A stretch of DNA of 64,000 nucleotides from Heterodontus francisci. Its lineage: Eukaryota. A program made the position numbers and the translations under genes. Numbering within the stretch: the first letter of the stretch is position 1; each line of letters starts with the position of its first letter. The notes below the pieces were generated by a model. It saw nothing but the letters and a program-made list of their open reading frames with translations, had not been told where the DNA came from and searched no databases. Of this stretch, positions 1 to 13,885 are shown piece after piece. The stretch spans positions 12,824,254-12,888,253 of the forward strand of contig NC_090406.1 of the NCBI RefSeq assembly GCF_036365525.1, written 5' to 3'.

Positions 1-257
1 AGAGATGGAGAGGTTTACGAAGGGAATTCCAGAGATAAGGGCCTAGCCTCTATTTCAGTTTTTCGCAGACTAGGTTCCATTGAGACTTTCCAGGGAGCCC
101 GCAAAATCATTAACCAGTGACTGGAGATGGGCTTGGTGTGAGTCAGGAGGTGTAGTGGAATGTGACCGCCACAAGTGCAGTGCAGAGTTGGTTGGCTGTC
201 TCACCTTGGAGGGAAGAGCACATGGAGGAGTGCTGATAGTGACAGGTAGATCCTGAA

Positions 258-590
258 CAATCATGACAAGGTGGATGTGGAGAGGATGTTTCCTGTTGTG
301 GGTGAGTCTGGAACTAGGGGTCACCCTTTTAGGACAGAGATGAGGAGATTTTTTTTCTCTGAGGGTTTTGCAACTTTGGAACTCTCTGCCTGAGAAGGTG
401 GTGGAGGTGGGGTCATTGAATATTTTTAAGTCGGAGGTGGATAGATTCTTGTTAGGCAAGGGAATCAAAGGTTATCGGGGAGGAGGGGGGTTTGATGGGC
501 GTGCGGAATTCAAAACACAAACAGATCAGCCATGATCTTATTGAATGGCTGAATGGCCTACTTCTCCAAATTCGTATGTTTGTAGGTTCG
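258..590 (+). mobile_element. CR1-type LINE 3' fragment
   Basis: Degenerate RVDVERMFPVVGESGTRG...RRFFFS..V..LWNSLPEKVVE coding remnant plus CR1 3' UTR (gatcagccatgatcttattgaatggc...ggcctact); homologous to the copies at 37.6 and 48.9 kb. Confidence 0.85.
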
Positions 591-1713
591 CAGTTACTAA
601 GGCTGTTGGTGGGTGCCAGGTGAGTTTAGCCTTGTTCAAGAGAGGGGAGCTTTTTAAACATCTAGATATTTAGATGAGCAGTTGAAATGCCATAGCATAC
701 AAGGATACGGACCAAGTGCTGGAAAATGGGATTAGAATAGATAGGTGCTTGATGGCCAGCATGGACACAATGGGCCAAAGGGCCTGTTTCTGTGATCTAT
801 AAGTAAGCCTCTATGACTTTAAGTACTTAAACTCAAAAGAAAGTGCACCAAAGTACAAGTTGACCCAGGTTTATAAAGTATTATAATTTAAATTTTGGTG
901 TTGGGGGAGGACCATAATTACTAACAAAATGACTCCTGACAACGCAGTGGCCCGCTGACGTCATCAGCGCGCTCCAAGATGCACATATGCACAAACGGTC
1001 TGTTGCCGCTCGCTGAGATGCTGCACATGAGCAGCCTATGTCTTGCCTTGCCAGGACAAACAGGCGCATGTGCAGAAAAATGATCTCCACCACCCCCCCC
1101 TCTCGGCCACTCACTGCTCGTTCCTTCCCCCCGCTCTCCGGCTGCTTGCTCTGCGCTCCCCCTCTCCCCTCCAGACGCTAGATCTAGGCTGCGCCACTTC
1201 CTTCCTCTCGGCCACTCGTTCCGCCCGAAGAAGCAAAGCGTGCCGGAGAGTGGGATGGTGGGGGGTGCGGGGAGTGAGAGGCTGGAGAGATGGCACTGAA
1301 ACCTCACAGAATTACGGAGGGTGTGCAACATTGTCAGAGGTGCTGTCCTGATGAGACCGTGTATGAAACATGTCCATTGCGAGCTGTCCGGGGTTGAAGT
1401 TGTTTTTCTGTGATAAATTGAACAGCGCCATCTTTAATCCTGGCAGCAGCCTTAACGTCGCAGAAAGCGACGTTTAAGTGGATGAGGCTGTATTTGCGCA
1501 TGTGCTAGTGCAGCTCCACCTAGTGGTTGCGTTGTACTAGCAAACGCAGCCAATTACTGATCCATTTGAAAAGGGGTTCTTCAACCCAAAACAGACCCCA
1601 TTGCACCGGCTCTGAGCCAGGTTAATGTACGCATGTGCACTGGATCATCCGGGTTGACCTTTGACCCAGCCTCCAAATCCCGCGATATTTGCCGCATCGG
1701 AAACAAGACTGAT

Positions 1714-1720
1714 CCTTTTT
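1714..1720 (+). promoter_or_regulatory. 5'TOP / TCT-type initiator pyrimidine tract (likely rps15 TSS)
   Basis: CCTTTTT about 20 nt upstream of the exon 1 ATG, typical of ribosomal protein genes. Confidence 0.75.
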
Positions 1721-1737
1721 AGCGAGAGCGGGTGAAG

Positions 1738-1740
1738 ATG
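1738..1740 (+). CDS. rps15: 40S ribosomal protein S15 (uS19), coding part of exon 1 (ATG only)
   Basis: AAG ATG|gtgggt donor directly after the TOP tract; exon 2 starts in phase 0 with no Met of its own. Confidence 0.9.
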
Positions 1741-2443
1741 GTGGGTGTTGGTAGATGGCGGTGCTGAGAGAATGTGATACAATCATTGTGAATCCGCTCT
1801 CAGATTAACACCACGGTTGCTATATCGCTGATAGTATTATAGACCGGGGTTTAAACTATGATGGTCGCTGTTTATTTTTTTTGACAATTTTACTTTTATA
1901 CTAGTAGATGGGGGTGACAATTTCTGTAGGCCTCAGGCTGTTTAATAAAGTGGCCGTAGCAATTACTGTGTAACATTGGTAAAGAGTTATTTTAAAATTG
2001 GCCCTGGTACGTTTTTATTGGGCGTGTGGTGGGTTAAGAGCCGGTGGCTTTAGCGCCTTTTGTCAGAACCAGCTTGCTTTGAAATTGTGAATTTTAACGC
2101 TGGGATCAAGCCCCTGTGTCTGGACTCCCCGAAGCAACATCAAACAGGCTGCACCGGGCGGATTCTGGGAACTTTGTGTAATACTTAAAGAAATATAATC
2201 GTGCTTTCAACAGCGAGCTGTTAAGGGGAGTGAGAATTGATTGCAAGAGCAATTTTTTAACACAGGAAATTGGGAGAGTTGATAGTTTTAATAGATGTAT
2301 TTTACAACATACTATTCAATAATTCCTTCTAGAAAAGTATATTTCCCCCAATGAACCAACCAAATGACTTTTCCCCCCCTAATGTGGTTTAAACTAGGAC
2401 AAGGGGTGTCTATGTCTCTGTAATTTTATATGTATTTTAATAG

Positions 2444-2532
2444 GCTGACCAAGTAGAACAGAAGAAGAAAAGGACTTTCAGGAAATTTACCTACAGAGGT
2501 GTTGATCTGGATCAGCTCCTTGATATGTCTTA
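2444..2532 (+). CDS. rps15: rps15 exon 2
   Basis: taatag|GCT...TCT TA|gtaagt; encodes ADQVEQKKKRTFRKFTYRGVDLDQLLDMS(Y), matching the vertebrate RPS15 N-terminus. Confidence 0.98.
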
Positions 2533-3004
2533 GTAAGTTGCATTGTGTTAAATAATTTCTGTTGTGTCAGATTTATAGAGGAATACGCTGTGGCCATGCT
2601 ATGTTTTTGGTTTCTAGAAAATGTTCAGAATGCAGTGTGCTAAGTTGATTTTATGTGTTTCAACTTTGCTGGTGTGAAACAATATGATTTCAAATTTTGA
2701 GGATGGGGGACTGTTGAGATCACTGCAGCCTCCCTGTCCTAACTTTGGTTACATTGTGACTTTTACCCAAGGAGATCATTGCTATTCCAGTTGAAAAAAA
2801 GACTTGCATTTATGTAGTGTTTTTTTACAACCACTGGATGTCTCAAAGCACTTTGCAGCCAATTAAAGCAGCACTTTTAAAGTGTAGTCACTGTCGTAAT
2901 GTAGGAAAAGCAGCTTCCGATTTGCAAACAAAAAGCTCCCACAAACAGCATTGTGGGAAAGACCAGATAATCTGTTCTGGTGATATTAATTGAGGGATAA
3001 ATAT

Positions 3005-3620
3005 TTTTTTTTTTATTTAGAGATACAGCACTGAAACAGGCCCTTCGGCCCACTGAGTCTGTGCCGACCATCAACCACCCATTTATACTTTCTTTGGCCT
3101 CCTTATCTCGAGAGACAATGGGTAAGCGCCTGGAGGAGGTCAGTGGTGTGTGGAGCAGCGCCTGGAGTGGCTATAAAGGCCAATTCTAGAGTGACAGGCT
3201 CTTCCGCAGGTGCTGCAGAAAAATTTGATTGTCGGGGCTGTTACATAGTTGGCTCTTCCCTTGCGCCTCTGTCTTTTTTCCTGCCAACTGCTAAGTCTCT
3301 TCGATTCGCCACACTTTAGCCCCGCCTTTATGGCTGTGCGCCAGCTCTGGCGAACGCTGGCCATTTATACTAATACCACATTAATCCCATATTCCTACCA
3401 CATCCCCTCAATTCCCCTACCACTACTTACACTAGGGGTAGTTTACAATGGCCAATTTACCTATCAACCTGCAAGTCTTTGGCTCTGGGAGGAAACCGGA
3501 GCACCTGGCAGAAACCCACGCGGTCACAGGGAGAACTTGCAAACTCCGCACAGGCAGTACCCAGAACTGAACCCGGGTCGCTGGAGCTGGGAGGCTGCGG
3601 TGCTAACCACTGTGCTGCCC
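3005..3620 (-). mobile_element. tRNA-derived V-SINE (HE1-like), interrupted by an RTE fragment
   Basis: V-domain (ggagtttgcaagttctccctgtg...ggtttcctccca) and A/B-box head on - strand; same family as 13886-14231 and 32030-32725. Confidence 0.85.
3090..3360 (-). mobile_element. RTE LINE 3' end, 5'-truncated
   Basis: Encodes CSTCGRACHSRIGLYSHSRRC, near-identical to the end of the 16.9-19.0 kb copy; 11-bp TSD CCATTTATACT at 3079-3089 and 3361-3371. Confidence 0.92.
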
Positions 3621-4796
3621 AGGACAATGGAGATAACCCCCCCGCTTTTCAAAATAGTGCCATGGGATCATCTTCGTTCACCGGAGAGAGCAGATGGGGC
3701 CTTGGTTTAAAGTCTCATCCGAAAGAGGGCATCTCTGTCAGTACAGCACTCCCTCAGTACTGCACTGGAGTGTCAGCCTTGATGTTTGTGCTCAAATCTT
3801 GGAGTGGCGCTTGAACCCAGAATCTTCTCAGAGGTGAGAGTGCTGCCAACTGAGTCACGGGTGACACAATAAAAATGTTTAATGATGTGTGCATATACAG
3901 AAATAAAGTTAACAAATAGAGAAATCTATATGGACAGGAATGTCAGTTGAAAATGAAATGTATATGCTGGTATTCATTGCTATCTATGGAGTCTTGTGCA
4001 CTTTTGTGGTAGTGTGAAATAATCTGAGATGTTTGAGAAATATACCAGGCATGTTATTTTCTGAGCTATGACGTGCTGATTATAACTTGTTTGCATCTGC
4101 CTCAGTTATATGTTGCTGCTGTGTAGTGAATTCAGAGTTTTGAAATTACAGCAGCATTTTGTATTTAAAAGAACAGCTGCTTGTACAATTGTTCAGAGAT
4201 CCCATTGGTCATTGTGTCTAACTGTAGACCTTCCTGGATAGACATGACGGCAGACTGAAAACTAACTAACATCCTGGCCAATGCCTGAAAAAATATGTTT
4301 GTGGGAGATTTGAAGTTGTGCACCAGACAGATGTATGTGCAATTTTCCTTCTCACCGGAGAGAAAAGGCTAGCTACTGTGGAAAATCAAGAATGTGCACC
4401 CTTATTCTATGACTTCGTAGTGTAGCATATGTCTTTATTTTCCTCTCAAAGGCTGTGAGAGCACTAGAAACAAAGCTTGAAGAAAATTCAACAGTTTGCT
4501 GTCTGCAAGATGACTCCTCCAGTGAAGTGGTCCCTCAGTACCGCACTGAAATGTTAGACTACATGCTCACATTCCGGACTGGGGCTTGAACCCACAGCTT
4601 TCTATCTCCGATGAATGCTGCCATCTGATCCTGGCTCTGAGTACCAATATATGCTGTGCTTCTAAGGTGTTATATAAGTCTGGTTTTAGTGAATTTGAAA
4701 ATGCTTGAGTATCCAGACCTGCCTAATCCTATTGCAAACCGCAGTAAACCTCCATTCTGCTTCAGTGAGCCAATAGTTTGGAATTGAAAAGTCTGA

Positions 4797-5057
<261 letters not shown>

Positions 5058-5444
5058 TGAATTTTCCCATGACCTTCTAGTAATTTTTAAAATATTTTGT
5101 ATGTACAGAATACAACAGCAAAGGCCTCTTTTATGATCTTTGAGCTCATGCTGCATTATATTGGTATGCATTACCACTAGGGACAGTGATGTAATCATAG
5201 AATGGTACAGCACAGGAGGCCATTTGGCCCATTGTGCCTGTGCTGCTGTTCGGAGCTATTCAATTAATCCTACCCCTGCTCTTTTCCCATAGCCCTGTAT
5301 TTTTTTTTCCATTCAAGTATTTATCTAAACAGTGAAGCCAACTATGAACTTCCTATGTTGCTAGAGCTAACTCAACATAAAAAGGAAGCACTAATCAGAG
5401 CCAGAGTGAACCTGAGGCAATAAAATGTACCCCATTGGCTAGTT

Positions 5445-6540
5445 ATAGAAAAGGGAGGATGAGCTGCCTGGCTTTTAGATATGTGGCACAGGAAAGAATT
5501 AAAGGGACAGTAGCAGCGTGGATACGAAATTGGTGGAGTGACAAGAAACAGACTAGATTTTGGAAGGTTTTTTTAGGTAGGAAAGGTTTGTAGAGGAGTT
5601 CCCCAGAGGTCAGCGTTGGGGCCCTTGCTCTTCCTGATGTATATTCATGACCTAGACCTTGGTGTACAGAGCACAATTTCAAAATTTGCTGATGATACAA
5701 AACTTGGAACAATTGTGAATTGTAAGGAGGATAGTGTAGAACTTCAAAAGGACATAGACAAGTTGGTGGAATGGGCGGACAGGTGACAGATGAAGTTCAA
5801 TGTGAAGAAATGTAAAGTGATTCATTTTGGTAGGAAGAACATGGTGAAACAATATAACATAAAGGGTGCAAGAGCAGAGGACTTGGGAGGTATATGTGCA
5901 TGAGTCATTGAAGGTGGCAGGACAGGTTTCGAGAGCAGTTAATAAAGCATACAGTGTCCTAGGCTTTATTAATGGGAGCATAGAGTACAAGAGCAAGGCG
6001 GTTATGTTCAATTTGTATAAGACACTAGTTCAGCCTCCACTGGTGAATTGTGTCCAGTTGTGGGTGCCGCACTTTAGGAAAGATGTGAAGGCATTGGAGA
6101 GAGTGCAGAATGGTTCCAGGGATGAGGAACTTCGGGTATGAAGACAGATTGGAGAAGTTGGGACTGTTTTCCATGGAGAAGAGAAAGCTGAGAGGAGATT
6201 TGATGGTATTCAAAGTCATGAGGGTCTGGACAGAGTAGATGGGGAAAAACTGTTCCTACTTGTGAAAAGATTGAGAACGAAAGGGTACAGGTTTAAAGTG
6301 ATTGGCAAAAGCAACATGAGGAAAAACTTCTTCACGCGGCGAGTGGTTAGGATCTGGAATGCACTGCCTGAGAGTGTGGTGGAGGCAGGTTCAGTTGAGG
6401 CATTCAAAAGGGAATTAGACTGTTATTTGAAAAGGAAGAATGCAGGGTTGCGGGGGAATGGCATTAGGTGAATTGCTCATTTGGAGAGCCGGTGCGGACG
6501 ATGGGCCAAATGGCGGCCTCCTGTGCTGTAACAATTCTGA
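5445..6540 (+). mobile_element. CR1 LINE, degenerate 3' part (RT domain remnant)
   Basis: SKFADDTKL, YKTLVQPPLVNCVQLWVPHFRKDV and RKNFFTRRVVRIWNALP in broken frames. Confidence 0.9.
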
Positions 6541-7109
6541 GAAGAGAGTAAAAAGAACTAAGCATGTGTTTCTGTATTGCATTGCTATGTACATGTGGCA
6601 TTGGTTCTTGTGTTGCAGGTGGCAAACGTAAATGTTTTGCTTTGTTGACGTCTTCGGGTCTTCTGACATCAGGAAAGAGCTACAGACTGAAACCTAAGCT
6701 TGCCATGGCATATCCCTAATTATTGGCACAAGAATCTGAAATATACCCACAGCATTAAAAAAAAATCTTGTGCTTAGATTTCTGAATGGATGTTTCCATT
6801 TTCCAGTGTGATGGACTTTATTCAGTAAAAAATCTTTATCTATATAATGAACTTTCTGCCTCTGGACTGCCATCTTCAGATGGCTAAATGTTGTATATCT
6901 GATGCCATTTGCACTGAAAGTTTCCACGAAGAGCCTGCAAATGATTGTGATTCATTCAAGCCATTTGCTACTAAGCCCTGACCACCACATGCACTTCACT
7001 CTTATAACTGGACTGTAAATGCAATGGGTAAGAGTAATTCTGATCCCTAAAATGGCTGCCTGTGTGAATCGAAGCAGATCAAATTAGAAATTTATATAAT
7101 GTCATCATT

Positions 7110-7480
7110 TACCTAAACATTCACTTGCTCCACCACCAGTGTACCCTGGCTGCAGCATGTACTTTCTGCAGGATGCACTGCAGCATCTCTCCAAGGCTTC
7201 TTTGGCTGCATCTCCCAAACCTTTGCCAACCAGCATGACATGGGAGCACCAATGCCTCCAAGTTTCCCTCCACATTGCACATTATTCCCAATGTGGATAT
7301 ATATTGTCATTCCTTCAACGTTGCTGGTTCAAAATCGTGGGACTCCATAGCTAACAGCACTGGGAGAATCCTCACACAGACTGTGGCAGTTGAAGATGAA
7401 TGCTCACCATGACTTTGTCAAGGACAACTTGGGATATGCAATAAATGCTGAACTTGCTAGTGATATCTACATCCTGAGAA
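7110..7480 (+). mobile_element. CR1/L2-superclade LINE 3' fragment
   Basis: Homologous to 52160-52770 (aacattcac...atgcactgcagca...caataaatgct). Confidence 0.7.
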
Positions 7481-8070
7481 TGTTTTTTTTTTAAAAAAAA
7501 AGTCCCCTTAACCCAATTTTCTTTGCCTCCTGTGCTTATAGACAGCATGCTTATGATTTGCCCCAAGCCATTTGCCAGTCTATACCAGTGGGTTTTAAAA
7601 TCTCCCATTTGGTATATTGGAATGATTCTGCAAACCAGTGCCAGTGTAGCTATCCAAAAGAAAGCTGCAGTTCATTGCACAAAAATATTTTTTTTATTGG
7701 TATATACAAAGTGAAATGCTAATTCAGGAAATCTGATAATGGATAGACTGAATCTGACCAATGTGGAATTCTCTGCTGCAAACTATTATAAATCCACATA
7801 TACTTTAAAAGGGGGAAAAAAAGTAGTTGGTGGTTAAAAAGGTATGGAGAGTGGGAGTAGTCCTTTTGGATGATGGAGAAAAACATAGGTGCAGGTTTGA
7901 TGGGGTGCCTGCCCTGTTTCTTTGAGCATTCTATTTCTGGGATGGAGGGAGCAGCCTAGGTGATTGCCTCTTGCTCAATTATAACATAAGCAAAGATACT
8001 ATTGTGTGGAGCTGTTGCTGATGTAATTCTCTGATCAGTGTGGTATAGTGTGTAGGAGCTTTCTGCCTAC

Positions 8071-8816
8071 TGTCAGGTAAAGCCCCCAGCTACCAAGACT
8101 GAGGCACCCATTATTTCGCCAAATGAACGTTAGAACTTAAAAGTGCAAGCTCCTGACTGGAAAGACCTTTTTGCATATCAACAGACGGTGTTGAAACAAT
8201 GGGGATCCAGTAGTTGCTTCCCCAATATGCAGAAGTGGTCAGACCAGTTTTAGTCACATGACTAACTGGCTGTTGCAGAGAGTTTGAACTACCAACAAAC
8301 GATTTTGAAGAGAACGCGTGTGCTCATGGACTGAGAACATCTCTCCTGTCTGCCAGCCTTCATCTCTTCCCATGGAACTGAATCTTATGAAAACACACAC
8401 AACTCGCGAAGAAGGTTTTCTCCGTGAACAAGGTTTTAAGAAGACTACTGGGCCCCAACGAAACTCAAGACCATATCTTCAATGAAGGACTAGGGAGTGC
8501 TCGAGAAACAGTAACATGATATTGCCTCAAACTGTTCTACTTGTCTTTTCTGCCCCTATCTGCATGTTTATATCGCATGCTAGCATGGGCGCGTTGTATA
8601 TCCATAGGCGTGAACCGTATTGGAGTTTAAGGTTTAATAAAGTTCATCTTTCTTCTTTAAAGCAAAGACAGCCTGTTTGTGCTCATTTCTTTGTCATATA
8701 ATTGGAAAGCTGTGAACGAGGATTCACGAAGGGGGAGTTCGAAACACTGTTAAAACTTCAACCCTGTTACAATAAGACCAGGTGAAGATAGATGCCTTTC
8801 TCACCTGGTCATATCA
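8071..8816 (+). mobile_element. Solo LTR in rps15 intron 3
   Basis: TG...CA termini, 4-bp TSD CTAC (8067-8070 and 8817-8820), internal AATAAA at about 8636; homologous to the inverted copy at 55953-56828. Confidence 0.88.
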
Positions 8817-10012
8817 CTACAAAAAATTGGAATCCCTCTTGATCTTTGCTGGTTGTAATTAGTGTGGAGCCCTGGCAAGTGGCTTTTAACACCAGTGATG
8901 TGCATTACTGTATAAAACCTATTTCCTGATTTACTTATGTGGCATAACAGGCTGTTAAGTATCGGTTTAGCTAATACATGTGGATAAGTAACTTGTGTAT
9001 TCCACAATACAAGTAATAGTAACTGAAAACAAGTCAATTCATTAATACTAATATATTAAACCCCACATATTCAATAAAACTCAACTACATTGTGTTTATC
9101 AGAAGCAGAGGTAAATAAGGGATGGCAGGACCTTTCCATAACTTCATTTTAAATTTACACAGCTACTGTTTGAAATTTAAATCTCATCCTTGCCAGCCAT
9201 TTTGATCCCTGCAGTCAGCAGGAAACTTATCAACTTCAGCTGGTTCTGTACTGAGTAACATGGATCAGCATCTTGGGCGCTGAACAAAAAGCCCTGTTCC
9301 TTCATTGGCGAAAGAGATATTTGCATTCTAGTGCAGAGTGTCCTCTGGTGAAAGCATTTTCTCTGGCTGTTAGGCTGCTGGTTTAAAAGGAAAAGGGTTT
9401 GTTTTCGCCCTCTGCAAAGGTAAGTAAAAGTTTCAAAATCCATAAAATGTAATGTCAGTCAGAGCAGATAGGCAGTAAAGCAGTTGACCTTGTTAATCCA
9501 GAACAAGTTAATTGCATTCAGTTGGGAGAAACCTAACTAGTCACTGTCTATTCATGACTGCACAATTTTTACCTATTTTGTGCGATGTTTTATTTGTCAC
9601 ATATAAACAACATGACTGGCTTTTACATTTCTGCTCCTTCTGCTTTCCCTCGTGTCTAGCACATGGTGCCATATTATTTATAAATTCAATATAATTATAG
9701 CTGTTCTAAAGACCGGATGACTTGTGGATTCTCTCCTTTGAAAAGTGGGGGAGATTATGAGCAGCAATTTAATTTTGTTTTGTTGGACATTGGAAAGGTG
9801 AAGGCATGTATACAAATCACAATTCTATTTGGTACACTAGGATCTTGATATTGAAACAGTTTGCCTGTTAACTTGATTCATCCCTTTTTAATGGAAAGAT
9901 TACTAAATGTTAGTCTAGTCCAGCTGCATCCTGAATACTCCGTTATAGTTGCAGAGCTTAATTTACGTTGCATGCAATTCTTTGATTTTGACCTGTTAGT
10001 TTATTTGGTTAA

Positions 10013-10150
<138 letters not shown>

Positions 10151-10176
10151 ACAGTTTACGATGGAAAGGCTGTGTA

Positions 10177-10182
10177 AATAAA
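10177..10182 (+). terminator. rps15 polyadenylation signal
   Basis: AATAAA 27 nt after the stop codon, followed by GT/T-rich sequence. Confidence 0.9.
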
Positions 10183-11519
10183 ACTCATCCCCAGTACAGT
10201 TTGACTTGGAGTGCTTATTCTTCAGATTTAGTAGCTTTCCCAACTCCTCGCAATACTATGCAATGGGCTAAAATCTAAAGATTTTGTTTGTATGAATGTA
10301 TTTATCATGCATTGTCAGTTTTCCCTATGCATAGAATTGATGCAAAAATTTAAACACATATTTTGCCTTAATCATTTTAGATCTTTTTATGCTTTTGAGA
10401 AGTTCAGGGCAACTTGCAAAATTTAAATCGTTCTGAAACGTGTTTCAGGGCATTTATGCAAACTGGACCAGGCTGATGACTTCTCAGCTTTGTCTTTCAC
10501 ATTGGGTGAGTTGGGCATTCAGCCAGCAGCCCAATTCTGTCCAGCTACATTGAACAGATCTGTAGGGGGTAGATTTAATGAATTGGTGAGATTAGGTGGA
10601 TGTGCTGACATCAACTTCAGAATTCCTTGCGTTCTGTTCTGTCTTGGAGAGCTCTGCATTAGGATGCTAATTCGTAAAATCTTTGAAATAGTAAAAATTG
10701 CTGGGTAAAGGAATTTGCCTTGAGTGGGAAAAATTGGGAGGAGAACAAAATAGTTGAAAGAAACAATGTACAATAGGGATTGGCACTGAGGAATGTTGAA
10801 AGGTGAAAGCTGTAGTCTGAGCTTGGACCCAAACAGTTGGGTGCAGTATATTCTAAATGGCATTTTCTTGTTCCAACTTAATTCATTGCATAGCCTCACC
10901 AAATGGTGGAAGTAATTCAGATCCAGTTGATCTGACCTCTCTTCCAGACAGGATGTCATCTTGGTCACTTCAAAGGTTGATGACATTCCCAAGAGTAGAT
11001 TGTGATTTCTTTTGGGGGTTGAGTGCTGGTGGGCGGTGGGAGCAGGGTTGAAGAAAACTGGAGGTGTGGGGATCCTGTCCAGCCCTATCCAGTCAATTTG
11101 AATTTCCTCATTCCTTGTGTAGCAGTTTTTTCTACTTTACACAGGAACTTAGAAAGGATGCTGGGTTTCTCGTGGTGCTGTTTATTGGTGGTTGTGACCC
11201 TGTAGCTGATGAAGTTCTGGCAAAAAAAGTCAGTCGGTGGTTAAGTTATAAAACTTTAATGCCTTCATACAAAACAATTTACAAGCAGAGTGGGAACAAA
11301 CAGTATAATAAACGTAGGTGTGCGTTCTCATCCTAACTAAAAGAAAGAAAATACTTAAATACTTGCTCAGCAAGTTGGAATTTTTCCCTCCTTTATTGGC
11401 CTTTTTACTGCACCTTCTAAGGTAATCTCTAGTGTAATTCTTGATATGTCTATTCAGTACAGTGTGTCAGCAACTCGTCTGCAGCATTCTTTTGAACGCA
11501 CTAACTGCATTATTTTCAT

Positions 11520-12035
11520 CTTGTGTGCAGTTTTGGTCTCCTTATCTGAGGAAGGATGCTCTTGCTATAGAGGGAGTGCAGCGAAGGTTTACCAGACTGA
11601 TTCCTGGGATGGTGGGATTGACTAATGAGGAGAGATTGAGTCAGTTAGGATTATATTTGCTGGAGTTCAGAAGAGTGAAGGGGAATCTCATAGAAACCTA
11701 TAAAATACTAACAGGACTTGATGGGGTAGATGCAGGAAGGATGTTCCCGATGGTGGGGGAGTCCAGAACCAGGGGTCATAGTCTAAGGATACAGGGTAAA
11801 CCTTTCAAGACTGAGATTAGGAGAAATTTCTTCACCCAGAGAGTGGTGAACCTGTGGAATTGGCTACCACAGAAAGCAGTTGAGGCAAAAACATTGTATG
11901 TTTTCAAAAAGGAGTTAGATATAGCTTTTGGGTCTAAAGGGATCAAAAGGTATGGGGCGAAAGCGGGAACAGGCTACTGAGTTGAATGATCAGCCATGAT
12001 AATGAATGGTCTACTCCTATTTTCTATGTTTCTAT
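11520..12035 (+). mobile_element. CR1 LINE 3' fragment
   Basis: CVQFWSPYLRKD...VQRRFTRLIPGM...NFFTQRVVNLWN plus (ttctatgt) tail. Confidence 0.92.
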
Positions 12036-13885
12036 CTTATTGTTTGGGTAATCTTTAACTCTTCCCCTCTATCTTGTGCATCAAAGTGCCTTTATTTTTT
12101 CTCTGAGTTATCTGTGTTTTACACCCATCTTTACATTAATAATCCTGGCTTCCTTTCTGCCGTTGCTATCTTATTACCTTTCCTCATTTTCTGTATCCTA
12201 TATTGACTTCCTCACACATCATAACACTGATCGGAATTACTAGTACTACACTTGTGCTATCACCGATCTCATCTGAAATAAATTTACACCAGTTTCCACC
12301 TCCCACCATTATTTCCTAGTTTCTTGATTACCTGTTCCATTTGCTTAGTATCTTGTAAATGTGCACGATATGTTTTTTCTGAGGTGCACTTTCTGTGGAC
12401 TATGAATTTCTGACTGAAGGATAGAGGGTATAAATGTCCAATGTTAGATCACTTGTGAGTAAACTTATAGAATCCATAGGACAAGTTGCAATAAGCAAAT
12501 GCTGAGAAAGGCATGATCTAAACAAGGATTTGTAAAGAACAATTGTCTAATGAATTTTGTTTTGGGGGGAGACCATGGAGATTAGGAAAAGCTGAGTAAA
12601 TGTAAATATGAGTCTTTAGATGTTTGCATAGAGACTTGTTACAAAAATGAAGGCTCGTATTAAATGGAATGTGTGTATAGTAAGCTGGCTAGAGGGCATG
12701 AGCAGAGGATGTTCTTCCACATTGGTTGGGTAGTGGTGTGCCACAGGGATGTGTGTTATGACTTGTCTAACATTTGGACAGACACAAGCTATCAAATTTT
12801 GTTGATGCCAAATTAGGTGAGACATTGTATTCAATAAAAATGGAGATTGTAAAAGGAAATCTACGTTGGAAATGGGCATAAAGGGAGCAGATGCAGTTCA
12901 GTATAGAAAACTAATGCAGTCCATTTTTGGTGGGATAGGATGAAAGGAAGTATAAAACTTAAATGGAAACTTCGAGTAAAGGAACACAGGGATTTTTAGA
13001 TTTATTAATTGAATTCAAATTTTGCCATGTGCCATGGTGGGATTCAAGCCCATGGCCCCAGACCTGGGCCTCTGGATTACTAGTTCAGTGACATTACCAC
13101 TATGCCATTGCCTCCAGATACAGATGGGAGTACAGATAAATGGGATTCTGGCTTTCATATATAGGCACATTGCATAAAACTGCATGTAAATTTGCAGAAG
13201 ACATTAGGTCAGAGTTGGAATATTGCGCACATTTCTGAAGGAGATTAGAGCCACAGGAGGAAGACAGTAAAGATTCACTAATGTCTGAAGTGAGGGTTTA
13301 CTGCTCACTGGAACAGATCTTATGGAAGGGATCTAACACTTAAAATTAACATTAAGAGGGTGAATCGAGATATTGCTGTAAGATTGTGTGTTTAGGGATG
13401 TTGACTAGCTTTTGACCCACAAGATACAAACTCTGGCTTCTTGATCAAGATAGAGAATTTATTAAGTACAGCAGGAATATACAAGCAATACTGAAAACCA
13501 ATGGCAGTAGTTATACAGCAGGATATAGGGTATCCTCAGTCCTTGCCTTCTGAGCTGCTGTGGTGCCATTTCCTTTCTTGAGGTGTTGATTGTAGGTTAG
13601 TTTCTTGAATTGGTGCGTGCTGAGTTGTCCCAGCACCTGCCATTTATGGCCCCTCCCTCAGTGTTCCTTCCATATTCGGTTATAATCCACCTTCACCCTT
13701 TGGTCAGGTTTAACCTCACCCTCTGTATATTGTCCTCCCTTGATTAGAATCATAGAAAGTTTAAGGTATAACAAGAGGCCAGTTGGTTCATCGTGTCTGC
13801 CGGCTGAAAAACAATCTACCTATTCTAATCACACCTTCCAGCATTTGGTTTGTAGCCCTGCAGATTACGTCACTTGAGTTATTCT

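Larger units (their letters stand above)
940..1765. promoter_or_regulatory. CpG-rich rps15 promoter region with CRE, NRF1, YY1 and CTCF-like motifs
   Basis: TGACGTCA 956-963; NRF1-like GCGCATGTGC at about 1064 and 1496; YY1 CGCCATCTT 1426-1434 and AGATGGCGG at about 1753; CTCF-like CCACTAGGTGGAGCTG (- strand, 1511-1526); high CpG density compared with the rest of the window. Confidence 0.75.
2797..3868 (-). mobile_element. Deu-domain SINE (AmnSINE1/SacSINE1-like), split by nested insertions
   Basis: 2797-3000 and 3620-3868 are collinear halves of the same element found intact at 44.9-45.3 and 55.5-55.9 kb. Confidence 0.75.

Noticed and set aside
1348-1375. CTGATGAG...GAAAC hammerhead-like core upstream of rps15
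   Set aside because: No credible stem II or stem I; the context aligns with a decayed Deu-SINE segment (cattgtcagaggtgctgtc..gatgagac)
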